A DNA stretch of 63,781 nucleotides, filler included, from Perkinsus olseni (GCA_013115125.1; 11 parts of 11 records of this genome joined end to end with filler, not necessarily neighbours in it), one strand, 5' to 3'. Numbered from the whole stretch's first letter, positions 8,801 through 20,703 are shown. The notes: generated from the letters alone by a model not told the origin. A program made the numbers and translations.

Positions 8801-11645
8801 GCCTGGCAGGAGTACAGTACGATGGAGTGCTGTGTCATCCAGCTTGCCGAGCTGTTAGCGACCACCTGCGCAGATGGGCCGGTCGATCTCCAGCAATGAA
8901 TGGTCGTCCTCAGTCGCGACAGACTTGGGATCATCAGTGGCCTCTGAGCAAGCTCGCGCAGTCTCGGTTGCGCATGGTCTTAGGGGTCGCACGGGCTGCC
9001 GATTATGGTCGCTGCGAGCACTCCTCTGTCCCTCCACACCACGACTGCATCGTTGCTCACTGTGATGCTTCTGAGCGTGGCTTCGGTATTCTTCTCCATT
9101 CCACATCTACCGCCACCCGCGGCACCTGGCAGAGCCTCAGCATGGATGATAAAGTCCTGCTTGAGGGACATGCGGGGGCATTTGATGCTAGCCTGCAACG
9201 TACTCACATCAACCGGAAGGAGTATCTCACTGTCCTGAAATGTCTAAACGCTATCGTCAAGTGGCTCGACTGGTCGCCCATCGAGCGCCAGCAGTTCCGC
9301 ACTGTCATCATCTTTTGTGACAACGCCAGCGCTGTCAAATGGGCTTCTACCGATAAGTTCAACGGCAGCATCTACGACCAGGCGTTCATCGCGCGAGCCG
9401 CTGAGGCCATGGCTCGCCATCGCCACGACCTTCACGACCGCGGCATCGACCTGGACATCTCCTACATCAAGGGTCGGGAGAACAATATTGCTGATTCTCT
9501 CTCTCGCCTTGCTGCTGACCTTCCCGACTTGCCTCCCTTGGGGGGAGGAGATCCGCGCCCATGCGAGGAAGGGAAACAACCCGGCTCGGTCAGGCGGGAG
9601 GCAGCCATCGTTCTGTGCGTCCTGGATGATAACTCCTGCATTGAGAGGTGCGGCCACGGAGCTCATCTTGCCTACAAACCCTGTGGGAGCGCTAGGGCTG
9701 GGGACCCCTTAGAGGGCGTCTTGTTGGAGGATGATCTCGACTGCAGCGAGATTCTCGATTCTCTCGAACGACCAGTAGCGCTGGTTGCACAATCAGGGGG
9801 GACCAAGTTTGAGGATACCAGGGACCTGGCCAACATGACGCCAGAGCAGGTGATCAGCTTGGAAAAAGAGGCTATTCGTGATGAGGGCTTCTGTGATCGA
9901 ACTACCATTTCTGGTGTTCCTTTGAAAGAACTCATCCTAGCTTTACAGGATAAGTTGCCGAAACAGGCAGCTAACCATGGAGCTAACGCTCTGGCTGCTG
10001 GTGGGGCTCATGGTCCTTATTTTCGTTTTGATGAGCAACAGGGTGTACTGGAGCATCGAGATCCTCTCTTACATGATTCATGGAAAGTCTATCTGAATAC
10101 TGAGAGGGCTCGGCATTGGGCCATCTATCGATGCCACACTCACCCTTTGTTAGCAGCTCACCAAGGGGCCCCTCGGGCATGTGAGGCCCTATGGAAGATG
10201 GGATTCTCTTGGGATTCACTCGTCTCCGACCTTCGCCGAGCAGTCACCAGCTGTCACGAGTGCCAGATGGGAAAAGCCTTCGCCAAAGAGCCAGCCCAAC
10301 CACTGGTACGTAAACGAAATGCTGGGCGCTTTGAGAAGGTACAACTAGACTTCCTCACTAAGCCGAATGATGCGCGCCTTGGAGGGATCCCAGAGACTGC
10401 CCCTGGTGGGTGGCAGCACCTTTGCGTTGTCATCGATGAAGGCACTAAGGTCGCGGCTGCCTTCCCTACATCCTCTACTGGAACGAGGGATGTTATCATG
10501 GCTCTGCTCCAGTGGTGTGCCGCCTATGGTGTACCGTCCATTCTGCAAGTGGATATGGCAGGAGCGCATCAGTCGAAAGAACTGAGTATGTTCCTTCGTC
10601 TGATGGGGATAGAACTCAGGCCAGGAGTGCCCCGCCGAGCTCAGAGCCAGGGAGTTGTTGAGAGGCTCATAAGAGATATTAAAGCTACCATATTGACCAC
10701 CCAAGCAGATTGCAATGGCTACGCAACGCCATGGTGGGCATCTGCCCTGGTGTCGGTCATGGTACATAACAACTCCCCACTTCTTGATACTCATCTATCT
10801 CCCCATGAGCTGACTACTGGCGCACTATCTCCTGGGCTTGTCTCCCTACCGCATTGTATCACTGAAGAAACAGAGCTTAATGAAACTTGGTCACATCTTC
10901 ACAGAGCGGTTACAACTGCCTACGAGCTACTTACTAAGGTTCGTAACGAGAAGCAACTAGCTGCGGAGAAGATGTCAGTGGTCTCGTGTGGAGAATCCAG
11001 AGTCTTTGAGGAGGGAGACAAGGTAAGGCTCTATCGTATAATAGATGGTAGACGCTGCACTGAAGGCCCGTATGAGATTGATCACCGTGATGCTGGTAAC
11101 TGCTATCTCTATCATCTGAAAGGCCGTAAGTTCCCTGCTCCCTTGTCGCACCTCCTCCCCTATTATGAGGATGATCAGGAGCAGAGGAGGCAGGCGGAGA
11201 CGGGCCCCCATCGGGCTCACATATCTTCGATCCTCCGAGGCTTGATGCCGGAGGGGATCCCCGTCTCAGACCTCCAGCCTGGTCACTGGATAGTATTTAG
11301 GAAGCTTACTACTGTTGATGGAGGGAAGACTACATGTTACCTGGCCGAAATCATCAAGAAGGAAGGGAATAAGTTCACTGTTGCTAGCCTCGATCGAGGC
11401 AAGACGGACCGCTGGGTCATACCGCGTTCTGACGATACTGAGGAGACTATATCAGGCGAAGATATTTTGGGTCGCCAAGGTTTTAGCCCAACAAAGGGAA
11501 GGAGAATACCCCCTAAAGTGGCTAAGTGGCTAGAGTCACATGGGCTAGCTAACGTCCGTCGCTAAGGGGGGATGTGCAGCGCCAGCCGGGCGCGAGCTGT
11601 TAGCGTCGTGAGTTCGCTCGCCTGTGACGCCTGATTGTTGATCGA
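5881..11645 (+). mobile_element. LTR retrotransposon (PR-RT-RH-IN order, divergent Gypsy/BEL-like) with PPT and start of the 3' LTR
   Basis: Single uninterrupted ORF 5893-11565. Polypurine tract AAGGGGGGA at 11564-11572 is followed directly by TG at 11573. Confidence 0.9.
5893..11565 (+). CDS. Gag-pol polyprotein, 1,890 aa
   Basis: Zn knuckle CAICGSIEHYARSC; protease FDTMCS; RT LDLQKAF / FGIRCGP / YYDD; RNase H CDAS..KE..CDN..NNIADSLSR; integrase HHCC plus D..D..E (DFLT, VDMA, VERL); GPY module. Confidence 0.9.
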   Translation: MESEMLHGGHAGGGIGTLVSPALAGAVRQAASKTVPDLEWDRLHTLPPAQCAARVLGVTSNSAGYSALFFSNRAGASVGHSLTALCVDWEILPHREAIRQDSEPLVEAVRSSGKNLSDLAKRWSFESLDRKLTSATAQACGCTAPLKLWAYANLWPRNLAERVKSELLKEIYDDEGQVDHGCELLAWTNLTQAGKGLTNSEREAIETHYPRWTAACARVLERVIQARQEYQSLTDPKLSVVGLMEEWSTLHSHAGHGGRGKVTSLLERERKLYVKLSEHPDGTQLTWVTRKACYLSILKAFPRVKRNGESFVLLFQAIKKSQSYEEVMDSLSHHAYKAGYKDPNDLLGTWDTDRGKEQGREHGRTHRGRDNKDEEIPRPSLRKHSDRPAGPRQVQSSLLPRDKRPFPKNGKDEHGRPRKKLRLTAADHAKANGVPEKLANERLAKGQCAICGSIEHYARSCPKNKSTKEHDHPKNAEGNSQPKPTEETVLLTLGRAEVLAGTVEVSSPSAGTDHTDSPTHVRAGFDTMCSQNLVTRSVIRTLGIHPSAGQSVQLQTAGGVREAAEWVQLVVRRPSFRVQLPFLVVDTLPGVDLLVRKADLLHLGYQIVDHAPREEPSDPVNRAKKALMDMIDVWVPLPGAPKYRARLRRIREDEHRDDPRQVYIFEIDWDEGVLEGRRLTEYKSFSRRADHDYSIPMLRQLSASEKDDYEKELKGMIDKQWWREGEPSKDAKPLDLPCCTFPLSQGSHKSTRVRLCSDMRGPNLCLPVASYSGHSVPEVLGILRSRVKPTDHLELLDLQKAFYKLRLARKRCVRIKTAGRSFHCDRIVFGIRCGPAALAAQVTLLLNSAYSGLLGRSVSRRDTREFLDMQCGVSAVPYYDDIALFGDHDRVVALREIIVEIAPLMGAACPAEKRDSVPVPDAHSPPTEPIRHMGVFWSRAYDGRLLLRCVPHEGLDSPNYLSISRREAFSLAGVQYDGVLCHPACRAVSDHLRRWAGRSPAMNGRPQSRQTWDHQWPLSKLAQSRLRMVLGVARAADYGRCEHSSVPPHHDCIVAHCDASERGFGILLHSTSTATRGTWQSLSMDDKVLLEGHAGAFDASLQRTHINRKEYLTVLKCLNAIVKWLDWSPIERQQFRTVIIFCDNASAVKWASTDKFNGSIYDQAFIARAAEAMARHRHDLHDRGIDLDISYIKGRENNIADSLSRLAADLPDLPPLGGGDPRPCEEGKQPGSVRREAAIVLCVLDDNSCIERCGHGAHLAYKPCGSARAGDPLEGVLLEDDLDCSEILDSLERPVALVAQSGGTKFEDTRDLANMTPEQVISLEKEAIRDEGFCDRTTISGVPLKELILALQDKLPKQAANHGANALAAGGAHGPYFRFDEQQGVLEHRDPLLHDSWKVYLNTERARHWAIYRCHTHPLLAAHQGAPRACEALWKMGFSWDSLVSDLRRAVTSCHECQMGKAFAKEPAQPLVRKRNAGRFEKVQLDFLTKPNDARLGGIPETAPGGWQHLCVVIDEGTKVAAAFPTSSTGTRDVIMALLQWCAAYGVPSILQVDMAGAHQSKELSMFLRLMGIELRPGVPRRAQSQGVVERLIRDIKATILTTQADCNGYATPWWASALVSVMVHNNSPLLDTHLSPHELTTGALSPGLVSLPHCITEETELNETWSHLHRAVTTAYELLTKVRNEKQLAAEKMSVVSCGESRVFEEGDKVRLYRIIDGRRCTEGPYEIDHRDAGNCYLYHLKGRKFPAPLSHLLPYYEDDQEQRRQAETGPHRAHISSILRGLMPEGIPVSDLQPGHWIVFRKLTTVDGGKTTCYLAEIIKKEGNKFTVASLDRGKTDRWVIPRSDDTEETISGEDILGRQGFSPTKGRRIPPKVAKWLESHGLANVRR

Positions 11646-11745
11646 NNNNNNNNNNNNNNNNNNNNNNNNNNNNNNNNNNNNNNNNNNNNTTAATTAATTA
11701 ANNNNNNNNNNNNNNNNNNNNNNNNNNNNNNNNNNNNNNNNNNNN

Positions 11746-13272
11746 GTATCGAGAGCCATCGGTAATACGGCTAGGATGCCCTAAGATTCCTGAGAGATGA
11801 GTGTAGGTGTATGGAGGCCACCACTAGCGTGGCCTGCGCCAATCGATGCACATTCTGTTGGCGCGGCAGTACTCATCCTAACGCCCTCAAGTGGGGATCC
11901 TTTGAGGTGAGTTATAACGGGAGTTCTCGAGTATACCATTCCTCGTCGAAGGAGGGCCTATGAGAGGAGGAAGCGCTCTGTTAGGCGGACGACCCTCAGT
12001 GGTTGGTGCAGCAGATGGTTGACAAGCACCTCGCGAAGATCATTAAGCCTTTGAAGGGAGCACAAGTTGATGAGAACAGCTTCTCCGAGGCCCTTCAGCC
12101 GCGGTAGGCTGAAGGACGATCATGCCTGAGCGCTGCTGTTGCTCTTGGTCAGTCACGTAGCGCTGTCGCTGGTGGGAGAGCCCGTCATGTACCCGAAGAT
12201 GGGCGAGCTCCTCCGAGCCATCCACACCCCTCCGTACAGTATGTCGACTTTCTTGGGTATAATTTCGTGGCGCGTGGCTTTGTGGGGATTGCAGTGACAG
12301 TTACTAACGGGCAACACCCTGAGGAACTCGCCAATCTACCTCAAGTCACGCAGCTGTACATTTCTATCGACGCGTCGAATGCTGAAGAGTTGAAGAAGGT
12401 GAGGTATCGATTCGCTGATGCATCGACGTCTGTCCTTGGCCTAGCATGACACATGCACTAATCAGAAGATATTCGTATCTTGGGACTGTTATACGTAGAA
12501 TACGGTTCGAAGGGACTCCAGTTCCGGCTTAGTCAGACTGAGGACCTGGTGACATGATCGTTGTCCGTCAGATCGACCGTCCTCTTTTCAAAGACTACTG
12601 GGAGAGGCTGTTGGCGTCGTTGAAGGCAGCAGCTGAGAAGAAAGAAAAGCAGAGGAAAGTTGCGAGATTGACGATACTGAAAGACGTTAACGATGAAGAT
12701 ATCTCTGGCTACACCAAGTTGATCGATTTAATGCGGGCTGATTTTATAGAGGTACATTCCTCGAAGAACCTCCGGCACGCACGTGGGGCTCTATCAGGTG
12801 AAGGGAGCCACCTTCGCAGGTTGGAACCGCGACGCCACCGGTCTGACGATGGACAACTGCCCTTACTTCGACGATATAATCAGATTTGCACAGAAGCTTG
12901 AATACGAGTTGAGTCCCTTCCGCGTTGCTCCTAGTTGGCTGCTCAGCTGGTGGTGTCAGTTTCGGCGGCGAGTACACCCTCTCGGCCGTGCATGAACACA
13001 GCTGCAGTGCCTTGCTGGTACGGCGAGGGTTGGAGCAGGCAGTGTGGATCGACTTTGATGAATTCAATAAATACATAGCCGACCATTACAATGGCGAGAA
13101 GTCGACTCTAATGAGTGTGCCATTTACTGAGTATTCCCTACCGGCGCCTGAGTGGGCTGGGCCGAAGTCTTCAACCCTTGGGATGGACCCCCAGCATACA
13201 CGTGTTACTGAGCTCACAGTTGAGCAATTAGGAGCTAGAGATTATGCTAAAGCGGCGCTAGAGTGTTTCTGA
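11746..13272 (+). CDS. TYW1: tRNA wybutosine-synthesizing radical SAM protein TYW1 (5'-truncated, multi-exon)
   Basis: Spliced segments IESHR/CMEATTSVACANRCTFCWR (CxxxCxxC), ALSLVGEP, VTNGQHP, QLYISIDAS, IDRPLFKDYWERL, DFIEVKG, HEHSC, WIDF. Confidence 0.9.
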
Positions 13273-13883
13273 CACCAACGATGTCGTGTTAGCAGTAGTC
13301 CAGGGAATAGAGGAAGAGGAACTTGAAATTAAAAGACCTGTAAGGTACTCGACATGCATTTCTAATGCTGGTGAGGGTGCAGCCTGGAGGCCACGAAAGA
13401 TGTTTCCGTACCACCCAGGGAACACTGATGATAATCTTGGCGTCTCGTGATTATTTCGCGACACGCAAACGGATATCTTTGATGATGACGTGCCAGAAAG
13501 AGCGAGGTGGAGTCGTGTTGGATTTGGTCACAGTGGATGACTGCTCCTGGTGACGCTCTCTCGAGCGAAGGTTCGATGACCGTCGTCTTCTGGTACGACG
13601 AGGATAGAATTCAGGATTGGTATTTAATGTCCCGTACGAGTTTCACCGAATACCAACGTAGCACAGCTAGACAGGCGTGCACTAAAATGCAATAAAAATG
13701 CAATAAAAGTAAACATTGGTACGAAGGTAGCACATCCGGAGACGCGGCGGCGAAAACTGGTGCAGATGACCCGAGTCGGAGACACGTAAATTTCCAGTCT
13801 CGAACTCACTGAGTGCAACATCGCAGGTGGGTTATCATCCTCCCGAATACCGTCTAAGACGAGCCCCGTTTCTTACCCTCACC

Positions 13884-16210
13884 ATGAACCTTCGTGCGGC
13901 AGTTGCATTCATATCGCACAGGCTGATAACAAGCATAGCAACGAATCCTCCCCGTAGTTATCGCGCTTCGCTACACGGTTATAATGCACGGCTTTCTATC
14001 CAGGACGCCTTCGGAGTGCGTTGAATAAGCCCGCGGAGGTGATGACAAAACACAGGAGACTCTGCGACGATACGGTTGTGCAACATCATGGCTACTTGCC
14101 GGGCCGAGGCGACACCAAGTGATGCGTAACATCCCCTACACGATGCAATATATGGTTACTAGGTTGTTCTACTGGTTCTTCGAGTCCCGAAACAAGCCTA
14201 GCGAGAGTCCTACTGTGGTTTACTTCCAAGGCGGCCCTGGTTGCAGTAGCATCTACCCGGCCCTCTCAGGCAACGGCGGCCCCTGTGTTGTTGACGACAC
14301 GGGCAATACTACTTCGATAAATGAGTGAGAATCTCCTTCGAGAAAGCGGACCCCCAAGACGTCTCACCCGTCACTATACACTCGGGGGTTTCTCAGATAC
14401 TCTTGGAACACCCATGCTAATGTGCTGTATCTCGATCAGCCGGCGGGTGTAGGCTTCAGCCGAGGCAGAATCCCGACGACCTCAGTCGAGGCGGCCGAGT
14501 CGACGTAAACAGTCCACTCAGCATCAGGAACTGACAGCTCTCCCTTAAGGTTACTTGCGCTCAATCATTTTTTCCGCTCTCAACCAAAGTACAACACGAG
14601 AGTCTTCCTGGCTGGCCTCTCCTATGCCGGTATGGCTGTCCACCCACGGTTGCTCAAACAGCGTGCATTATCTCAGGACATTACATACCGCCGTTGGTGA
14701 CTAAACTGAAGGAGAAGAACTCTCCTGTTCGGCTTGAGGGCATCGTTCTGGGCAATCCGATTATTGCACCGGAGATACAGTGAGTCGAGCTTTCATCGTA
14801 GAATAACTCTTCCCATCAGATGGCGGTACTACCCGAGGATGCTATTGGAGGATGGGATTATTAAACAGGAAGAGTAGCCGTAGTGTCCAGCGGCCTCGCC
14901 TGGATTAGATACGGCAGATACGACCGTCTTGAGATCGCCGCCAAGTATTGCACTAACTTAGTTCGCACATGTAACGATCTACGAGCGGCCTTGGACTCGA
15001 GGACAACCGCAAACCCGCACAGGACGAGAGATTTCGAGGAAAGCTGCATAAATGTTCGGAATATGCTGTCCGCAACTTTCCTCCAGCCGGCCATTAATAG
15101 TGGAAGGCACATGTATAAGAGAGCCTCACGATACGCACGCAGCTAGCTGGGGTGTCTCCTGTAGTTGCAATCTAGACAAGAAACTTATTCCTGCAAGAGA
15201 GGATCCCACCCGGCTGAGAGTAGGCATTAATCCCATTGTCGCAAATCCTGTCGGAAGGCGCTGGGCGTCTCATACATCGTAGCGAGTGAAGTCTGAACCC
15301 TATCCGCACAATACAGGATGCCAACCTTTGTCAGGTCACAGCCTTCATGAACAGCGCGGCGGTTCGGAGATTCTTTGGTGTTTATTCCGCTTGGCAAGAT
15401 CCTAACTGGAATGTAAACCTCAGGGGACTGAGCTGGCGTTTTCCACCTACCAACGCAGCATAGCCGTCGAGGGCCTACTGTACCATTCTCTTACAAAGTC
15501 GAATCATTATGCTCATCGAAGCAATCTACTCTTCTCGAGCACGGGCCGTGCTCCTAGTTTTTCGTTTAGAACATATGAGTCATCGCGAAATGAATAGCTG
15601 CCACCGAGAAGAGACCTCCATCGAGAGTCCGAACAACGCTGATGGACTTGACTGCCTCGTGATGGTGGAGTTGAGTTTGTCAGGTGCACTTTAAACTGAG
15701 TTGTGACGTACCATGCAACTACCACCAATTCTTGCCTGATGCGCTGAATGAGGGACTCCGGGTTGGTCCGTGTCGCCTGAAGCGCTAACAGCCAGTATCT
15801 CGTCAGATACTCGTCTATGCTGGTGACAGGGACTTGATGTGCAACTGGATGGGCAATCTAGCGTGGATGGAGGAACTCCATTGGAAGGGAGCCGCTGGCT
15901 TCCGGGCAGCTGTGCCTGTCGATTACCGGGTGCTGACAGCAAGTGCTGCTTACAACTAAATACGTCCAAAGGTTCTTTCCGTCTGCAGTTGCCTAACGGG
16001 AAGGACATCGGGGATCTGAAGAGTTTTACTCTGCCCGCCTCGGGCGGCCAACTTGTTTTTATTAGAGTAGTCCCTCGCCGAAGCTGCGGATCGAGGCCTG
16101 TAACGCTCTTCTTTCGTATTCAGGTGAAGGGTGCAGGGCACAGTGTCGCGGTGGATGCTCCACAGGGAGCTTTGAGAATGCTTGACGATTTCCTCAACCA
16201 CAAGCTTTAA
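13884..16210 (+). CDS. Serine carboxypeptidase, peptidase family S10 (multi-exon)
   Basis: [33 protein letters not shown]; catalytic Ser GLSYAG; Asp [14 protein letters not shown]; His GAGHSV. Intron 15413-15683 links the two halves. Confidence 0.85.
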
Positions 16211-16517
16211 TTGGCGTGCACGACTCGAACTCGTGTGCGCGAGGAACGATGACCAAGAGCATGTGCTGCTGTTCGAGCTCCGGTCACTCTTCGGTTCCGT
16301 TCGCCATACCTGCACCATCATATGTGAATACCTGCTCGAGGTAGATATGTCGAATAGAGATCCATCGATCGCAACTTCGAACCTCATGGAGGCTGTTGTC
16401 AACCCTAAGTGTTGCGTTAGAGGAGTCGTTCAACTTTAACTTCCCTTTGATATCCACCCTGATACGTTGTGCTCGAGATATCAAACTCAAAGTTGGCGGG
16501 CTGAGACGTTGTTGAAG

Positions 16518-16539
16518 CCGCTCAATGAGCGGCGCTCAT
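16518..16539. other. Excision-type footprint (inferred target CCGCTCAT)
   Basis: CCGCTCA + ATGAGCGG (reverse complement) + CGCTCAT. Confidence 0.75.
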
Positions 16540-17588
16540 CAACTGGCGCTAGTAGATGATCTTTTTAAAATATAAGCATCAATTTAAAGAACGCCTCTCA
16601 GGATTCCGCCGATCATAGTTCCCGACGTTCCCGGCTGACGATGACCTCGCTCTGAGAGCAACATTTTTCAGCTTGATGAACGGAGGCTGAACTGATCCCC
16701 CTCAGATGGAACATCGGTGATGCTAGTCTAACTAAGCCGTACTGTCGGCGTTGGACTTCAAACTCACACATTGTGTGTGACATACACGACAATCACGGAG
16801 TTTACAGTTACCAGCGGTTAACAAACATGCGCCTACCCGACCTTCTCACCGACTCTGTCAACCATTACCATCTTCAATCGCGTTAGCCAGCCAGATCGAT
16901 GTAGGTCTCGTGAGGTACCTCGTCCGCAAGCTGAGTCCGAAATAGATGAAGACCCTCGTCCCCTTACATTCATCTTACACAAACCTCGGCCCAATGACAC
17001 TTGCGAGCAGTGCGCAGAAGCGCCCAATTGTTGTTCTAGTCGCTGCTACAGTTACAGTGAAGAATGCCATCTCTAAGAATCAATGCATGCATAATTGGAT
17101 CAACCACAGGATCAAGAAACGGACCTCCCACACCTTGCTAGGAGGACTGACCTATTCTCTTCCGCTAAACGTTCTTCATCAGGGCCACCACCTGGAATGT
17201 TCACGGCCTAAAGCCCCACTTCCATAACGCAACCGAGTACTTCCGTGAGATACTTCATTCCAATCATGGAAGTTACTGATCTTCATCTCAGAATCAACAA
17301 ACATGTCGACCATCTATGATAGCTTTACAAAAATGATAATCACTCGGCAACACGCAGCTCTGTCTTATGCAGTGCTACCTCAAGGGAGGATGGGGAATAC
17401 CGTAGTGACACCAGGGGGTGGGCTGGTAACCACAGCAGATTCAGTAGTAGACTCCATCATAGGGCCTTCAGTAGTAGTAGACTCCATCNNNNNNNNNNNN
17501 NNNNNNNNNNNNNNNNNNNNNNNNNNNNNNNNTTAATTAATTAANNNNNNNNNNNNNNNNNNNNNNNNNNNNNNNNNNNNNNNNNNNN

Positions 17589-17658
<70 letters not shown>
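17589..17658. repeat. (ACT)n microsatellite at contig edge
   Basis: Pure ACT run. Confidence 0.95.
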
Positions 17659-18831
17659 TCCACCACCACTGCAGCTTCCATCACTACCACTACCACAACA
17701 GTATAATCGAACTAGATCGACGTCCTATAATTGCCTACACAATGTTTTACTAAGATCGATCATTCCTTTCTCATACTGGTATGGTCTGACCAAACCACAA
17801 CGTGGTACCACACCACGGCAATATCTGTCACAATTGCTAACCTACCGCGACTGTACACCATCGCAGGAGGCCCCTACCATCACCACTACCCCTATGCCCT
17901 TACTATTACATCGGTATAGCTCCGCTCTCAGTGGACACAGCCAACAGCCTCCTCTCCTCATCCACTGCCATGTCCCATATCGCTCCACCATTCGACGGGT
18001 ACGAACCCCTAACAACTTACCAGTCAAACCATCTGCAAGATTCTCCCATTTTCAACCCTGCCCGCCATCCCCTACTACATCTCCTTGCCGGTATCAGTAG
18101 ACCACTCCGTGATCTGGCCATGGACACCCGTCGAAAAGAGCCGACCCTCAACGAAGCAAAGCCTTCTCACCGACCTCTCACCCTCACACCCCGGGATGAC
18201 GCATCGCACGGCCCAGGTATCTGTCACTTAATAGAGGGCAGCACTAGGCAAGTCGGCTCTAGTACTGGAGCACAGCAGTTGTATCGATCCATCAGACAGT
18301 CCTACTGCCAGTAGATCCTCCTTGTCACTGAAGGCCAGGGAGTGTATGGCACTCACAGACGGCTGTAGTAGTCGAGACACGAACACTTCCATAGCCACTC
18401 ACACAGCAGCAACAGCAGAGTGAGCTGAATATTAACAGCCAACTGAGCAGAACACCCACACCGTAACTTCCGTACAAATCATGGCCTGAAGTATCTCGGG
18501 GGAGGCATCTGTCCCGCACGCCGAAAGTTATCGATCATCCGGCCGCGCGCGAGTGCTACTATGGCTCCACAATTTTGCAAATACTCTTATTTCTTCGAAT
18601 TCATGTCACCCTGACGAGTCTTCGACGCCGAGCTAGTTTCCTAGCTTTCAGACTGGAGAGACATCTCCCACCGCCTCTTCGTTCCGTTTGTTACCTTATT
18701 ACAGGAAGTCTGTACCGATAGTGCTGATGCTATGAAACTTGTAGCGCGCCAGGATCGACCTAAGATACGCAATTGCTTGCCAGCCTCTATCCTTCTCCGC
18801 AGGTCATTATAATAATCACTTTTCACTCCTG

Positions 18832-20703
18832 ATGGGATGCACTGCGTCGGTCCTCGCCGGCCCGCCAGACGACAAGCATGCCGTCACCCGAACTGCCATC
18901 ACCAAAGCTGCCGCCAACAGCTGCCGGACTCATCCTGCAGCCGTGCGGCATTCTCGGATACGGCACGAGCCGATAGATCAATTCTACCAGTTCGACGAGA
19001 ATCGGGTCATCGGCAGCGGCTACAACGGCCCCGTACGATTGGCGACGAATCGGCGCCTCAATAAGGCATTCGCGGTGAAGTCGTTCAAGAAGAAGCGCAT
19101 CAGCAGCAAGAAGATGGCGCTGTTGAAAAGTGAAGTCGATATCTACCTTCGGTTGGACCATCCTAATATCGCTAGGCTGCACGAGGTTTTCGAAGACGAT
19201 AAGTTCGTCCACATCGTGATGGAATACTGTAAAGGCAAAGAGCTCTACCATCGTCTTGTGTCGAAGGAGAATCAGCATTTTTCCGAGTCCGTGGCCGCTG
19301 AGACCACCTACCAGATGCTCCTACCACTCAAGTACTTGCACGCCCACAGTGTGGTTCACAGGGACATCAAGCTGGAGAACTTCCTCTATGACACTAAGGA
19401 CGAGGATGCTACGTTAAAACTGATCGATTTCGGCTTCAGTAAGATCATCGACCCATCACGACGAATGCATCAGTCATGCGGCAGTGTGGCCTACGTTGCT
19501 CCGGAGGTCCTCGAAGGCTCCTACACCAACAAGTGTGATCTCTGGTCCCTCGGCGTCATCGTCTATATGCTGCTCAGCGGCGCTCCCCCCTTTCATGGCT
19601 CTGAGAGGGACATGCTGGTCAGTATCGAGGAAGGGGTATATGACATGCCGGAAAAAAGATGGGGTAATATTTCTCCACAGGCGAAGGACTTCGTTCACCG
19701 TTTGCTGCTGCGTGATCCAGAGAAGAGGATGTCTGCCTCGGAGGCTCTGCAGCACCCCTGGATCGTTGATCGTTCTTCGACCGTCTGCGGTTCCTACAAG
19801 ATCGGCAACGAGGTCCTCCAGTCGATGCGCCGCTACGCTGCATGCTCTCACTTCAGAAGGGCCGCTATGTGTATGATGGCTTACAGCCTCACCAGTGACG
19901 AGATACGGGATTTGAAGTTTCAGTTTTGGGCTCTAGACACTGAAAGGAAGGGCGTTATCAAGCTCTGTGACATGGTGACGGTTATGAAGGAGAATCTGGA
20001 CATCTCTAACAGAGAGATTGAGCATATCTTTAACGTGTTGGACCAGTCGAGGGATGGAGAGATAGAGTATTCGGAGTTTGTCGCTGCTATGCTGTTGAAT
20101 CGCGTGAAGTTTCACGAAGATTTGGTACGAGATACCTTCCGGGCCTTCGATGTGAAGGGCACCGGCAAATTGACTATTGAGAACGTTCTGGAGATACTGG
20201 GTGAAGACATCGAGGATGCGGACAAGCTCTTCCAGGAGGGTGAGGTCGACGATAACGGTGAGATCGACTATGAGAAATTTTTGCGGGCGCTGAATTTGGA
20301 GAGGGATGCCACCGACTCGCATCACTTGCGGCTCCGGTCGGTTGGTATGATAGTCGATTCGGCCGTAGCGGCCCGGTCTGAGAGTGAGCAGACGATCGGG
20401 CGGAGGATGTCTCGGGTTAGGAGCATCTCGGACAATGTTCCTCTCTTTGGAGAAGAGACAGAGGCTGCTCATTTGTCGAATCGATTGGCGGTGCCGACTG
20501 AGATCTTATCTAAGCAGCCCGATGGACTATCGGGCGGTCGACTTGAGTCAGCACGGTGCTCCGAGGCACCAACGACGGCCGGGACCTCGTTCGATGATTT
20601 GGTTCAGTCGCAGACCACAGAGACATCAGCAACAGCAGCAGCAGCAGGAGGGGCAGCGTCACCCAAGCAACAGCCTGTAGGAGAGGTTGTGGTGGCAGAA
20701 TGA
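18832..20703 (+). CDS. CDPK: Calcium-dependent protein kinase (kinase plus EF-hand domain), intronless, N-terminal MGC
   Basis: GSGYNG, AVK, HRDIKLEN, DFG, APE, DLWSLG; EF-hand loops DTERKG, DQSRDGEIEYSE, DVKGTG, EVDDNGEID. Confidence 0.92.
   Translation: MGCTASVLAGPPDDKHAVTRTAITKAAANSCRTHPAAVRHSRIRHEPIDQFYQFDENRVIGSGYNGPVRLATNRRLNKAFAVKSFKKKRISSKKMALLKSEVDIYLRLDHPNIARLHEVFEDDKFVHIVMEYCKGKELYHRLVSKENQHFSESVAAETTYQMLLPLKYLHAHSVVHRDIKLENFLYDTKDEDATLKLIDFGFSKIIDPSRRMHQSCGSVAYVAPEVLEGSYTNKCDLWSLGVIVYMLLSGAPPFHGSERDMLVSIEEGVYDMPEKRWGNISPQAKDFVHRLLLRDPEKRMSASEALQHPWIVDRSSTVCGSYKIGNEVLQSMRRYAACSHFRRAAMCMMAYSLTSDEIRDLKFQFWALDTERKGVIKLCDMVTVMKENLDISNREIEHIFNVLDQSRDGEIEYSEFVAAMLLNRVKFHEDLVRDTFRAFDVKGTGKLTIENVLEILGEDIEDADKLFQEGEVDDNGEIDYEKFLRALNLERDATDSHHLRLRSVGMIVDSAVAARSESEQTIGRRMSRVRSISDNVPLFGEETEAAHLSNRLAVPTEILSKQPDGLSGGRLESARCSEAPTTAGTSFDDLVQSQTTETSATAAAAGGAASPKQQPVGEVVVAE

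Noticed and set aside
378-11565. Helicase-transposase and adjacent retrotransposon as one composite system
   Set aside because: They lie on different contigs separated by an artificial spacer.
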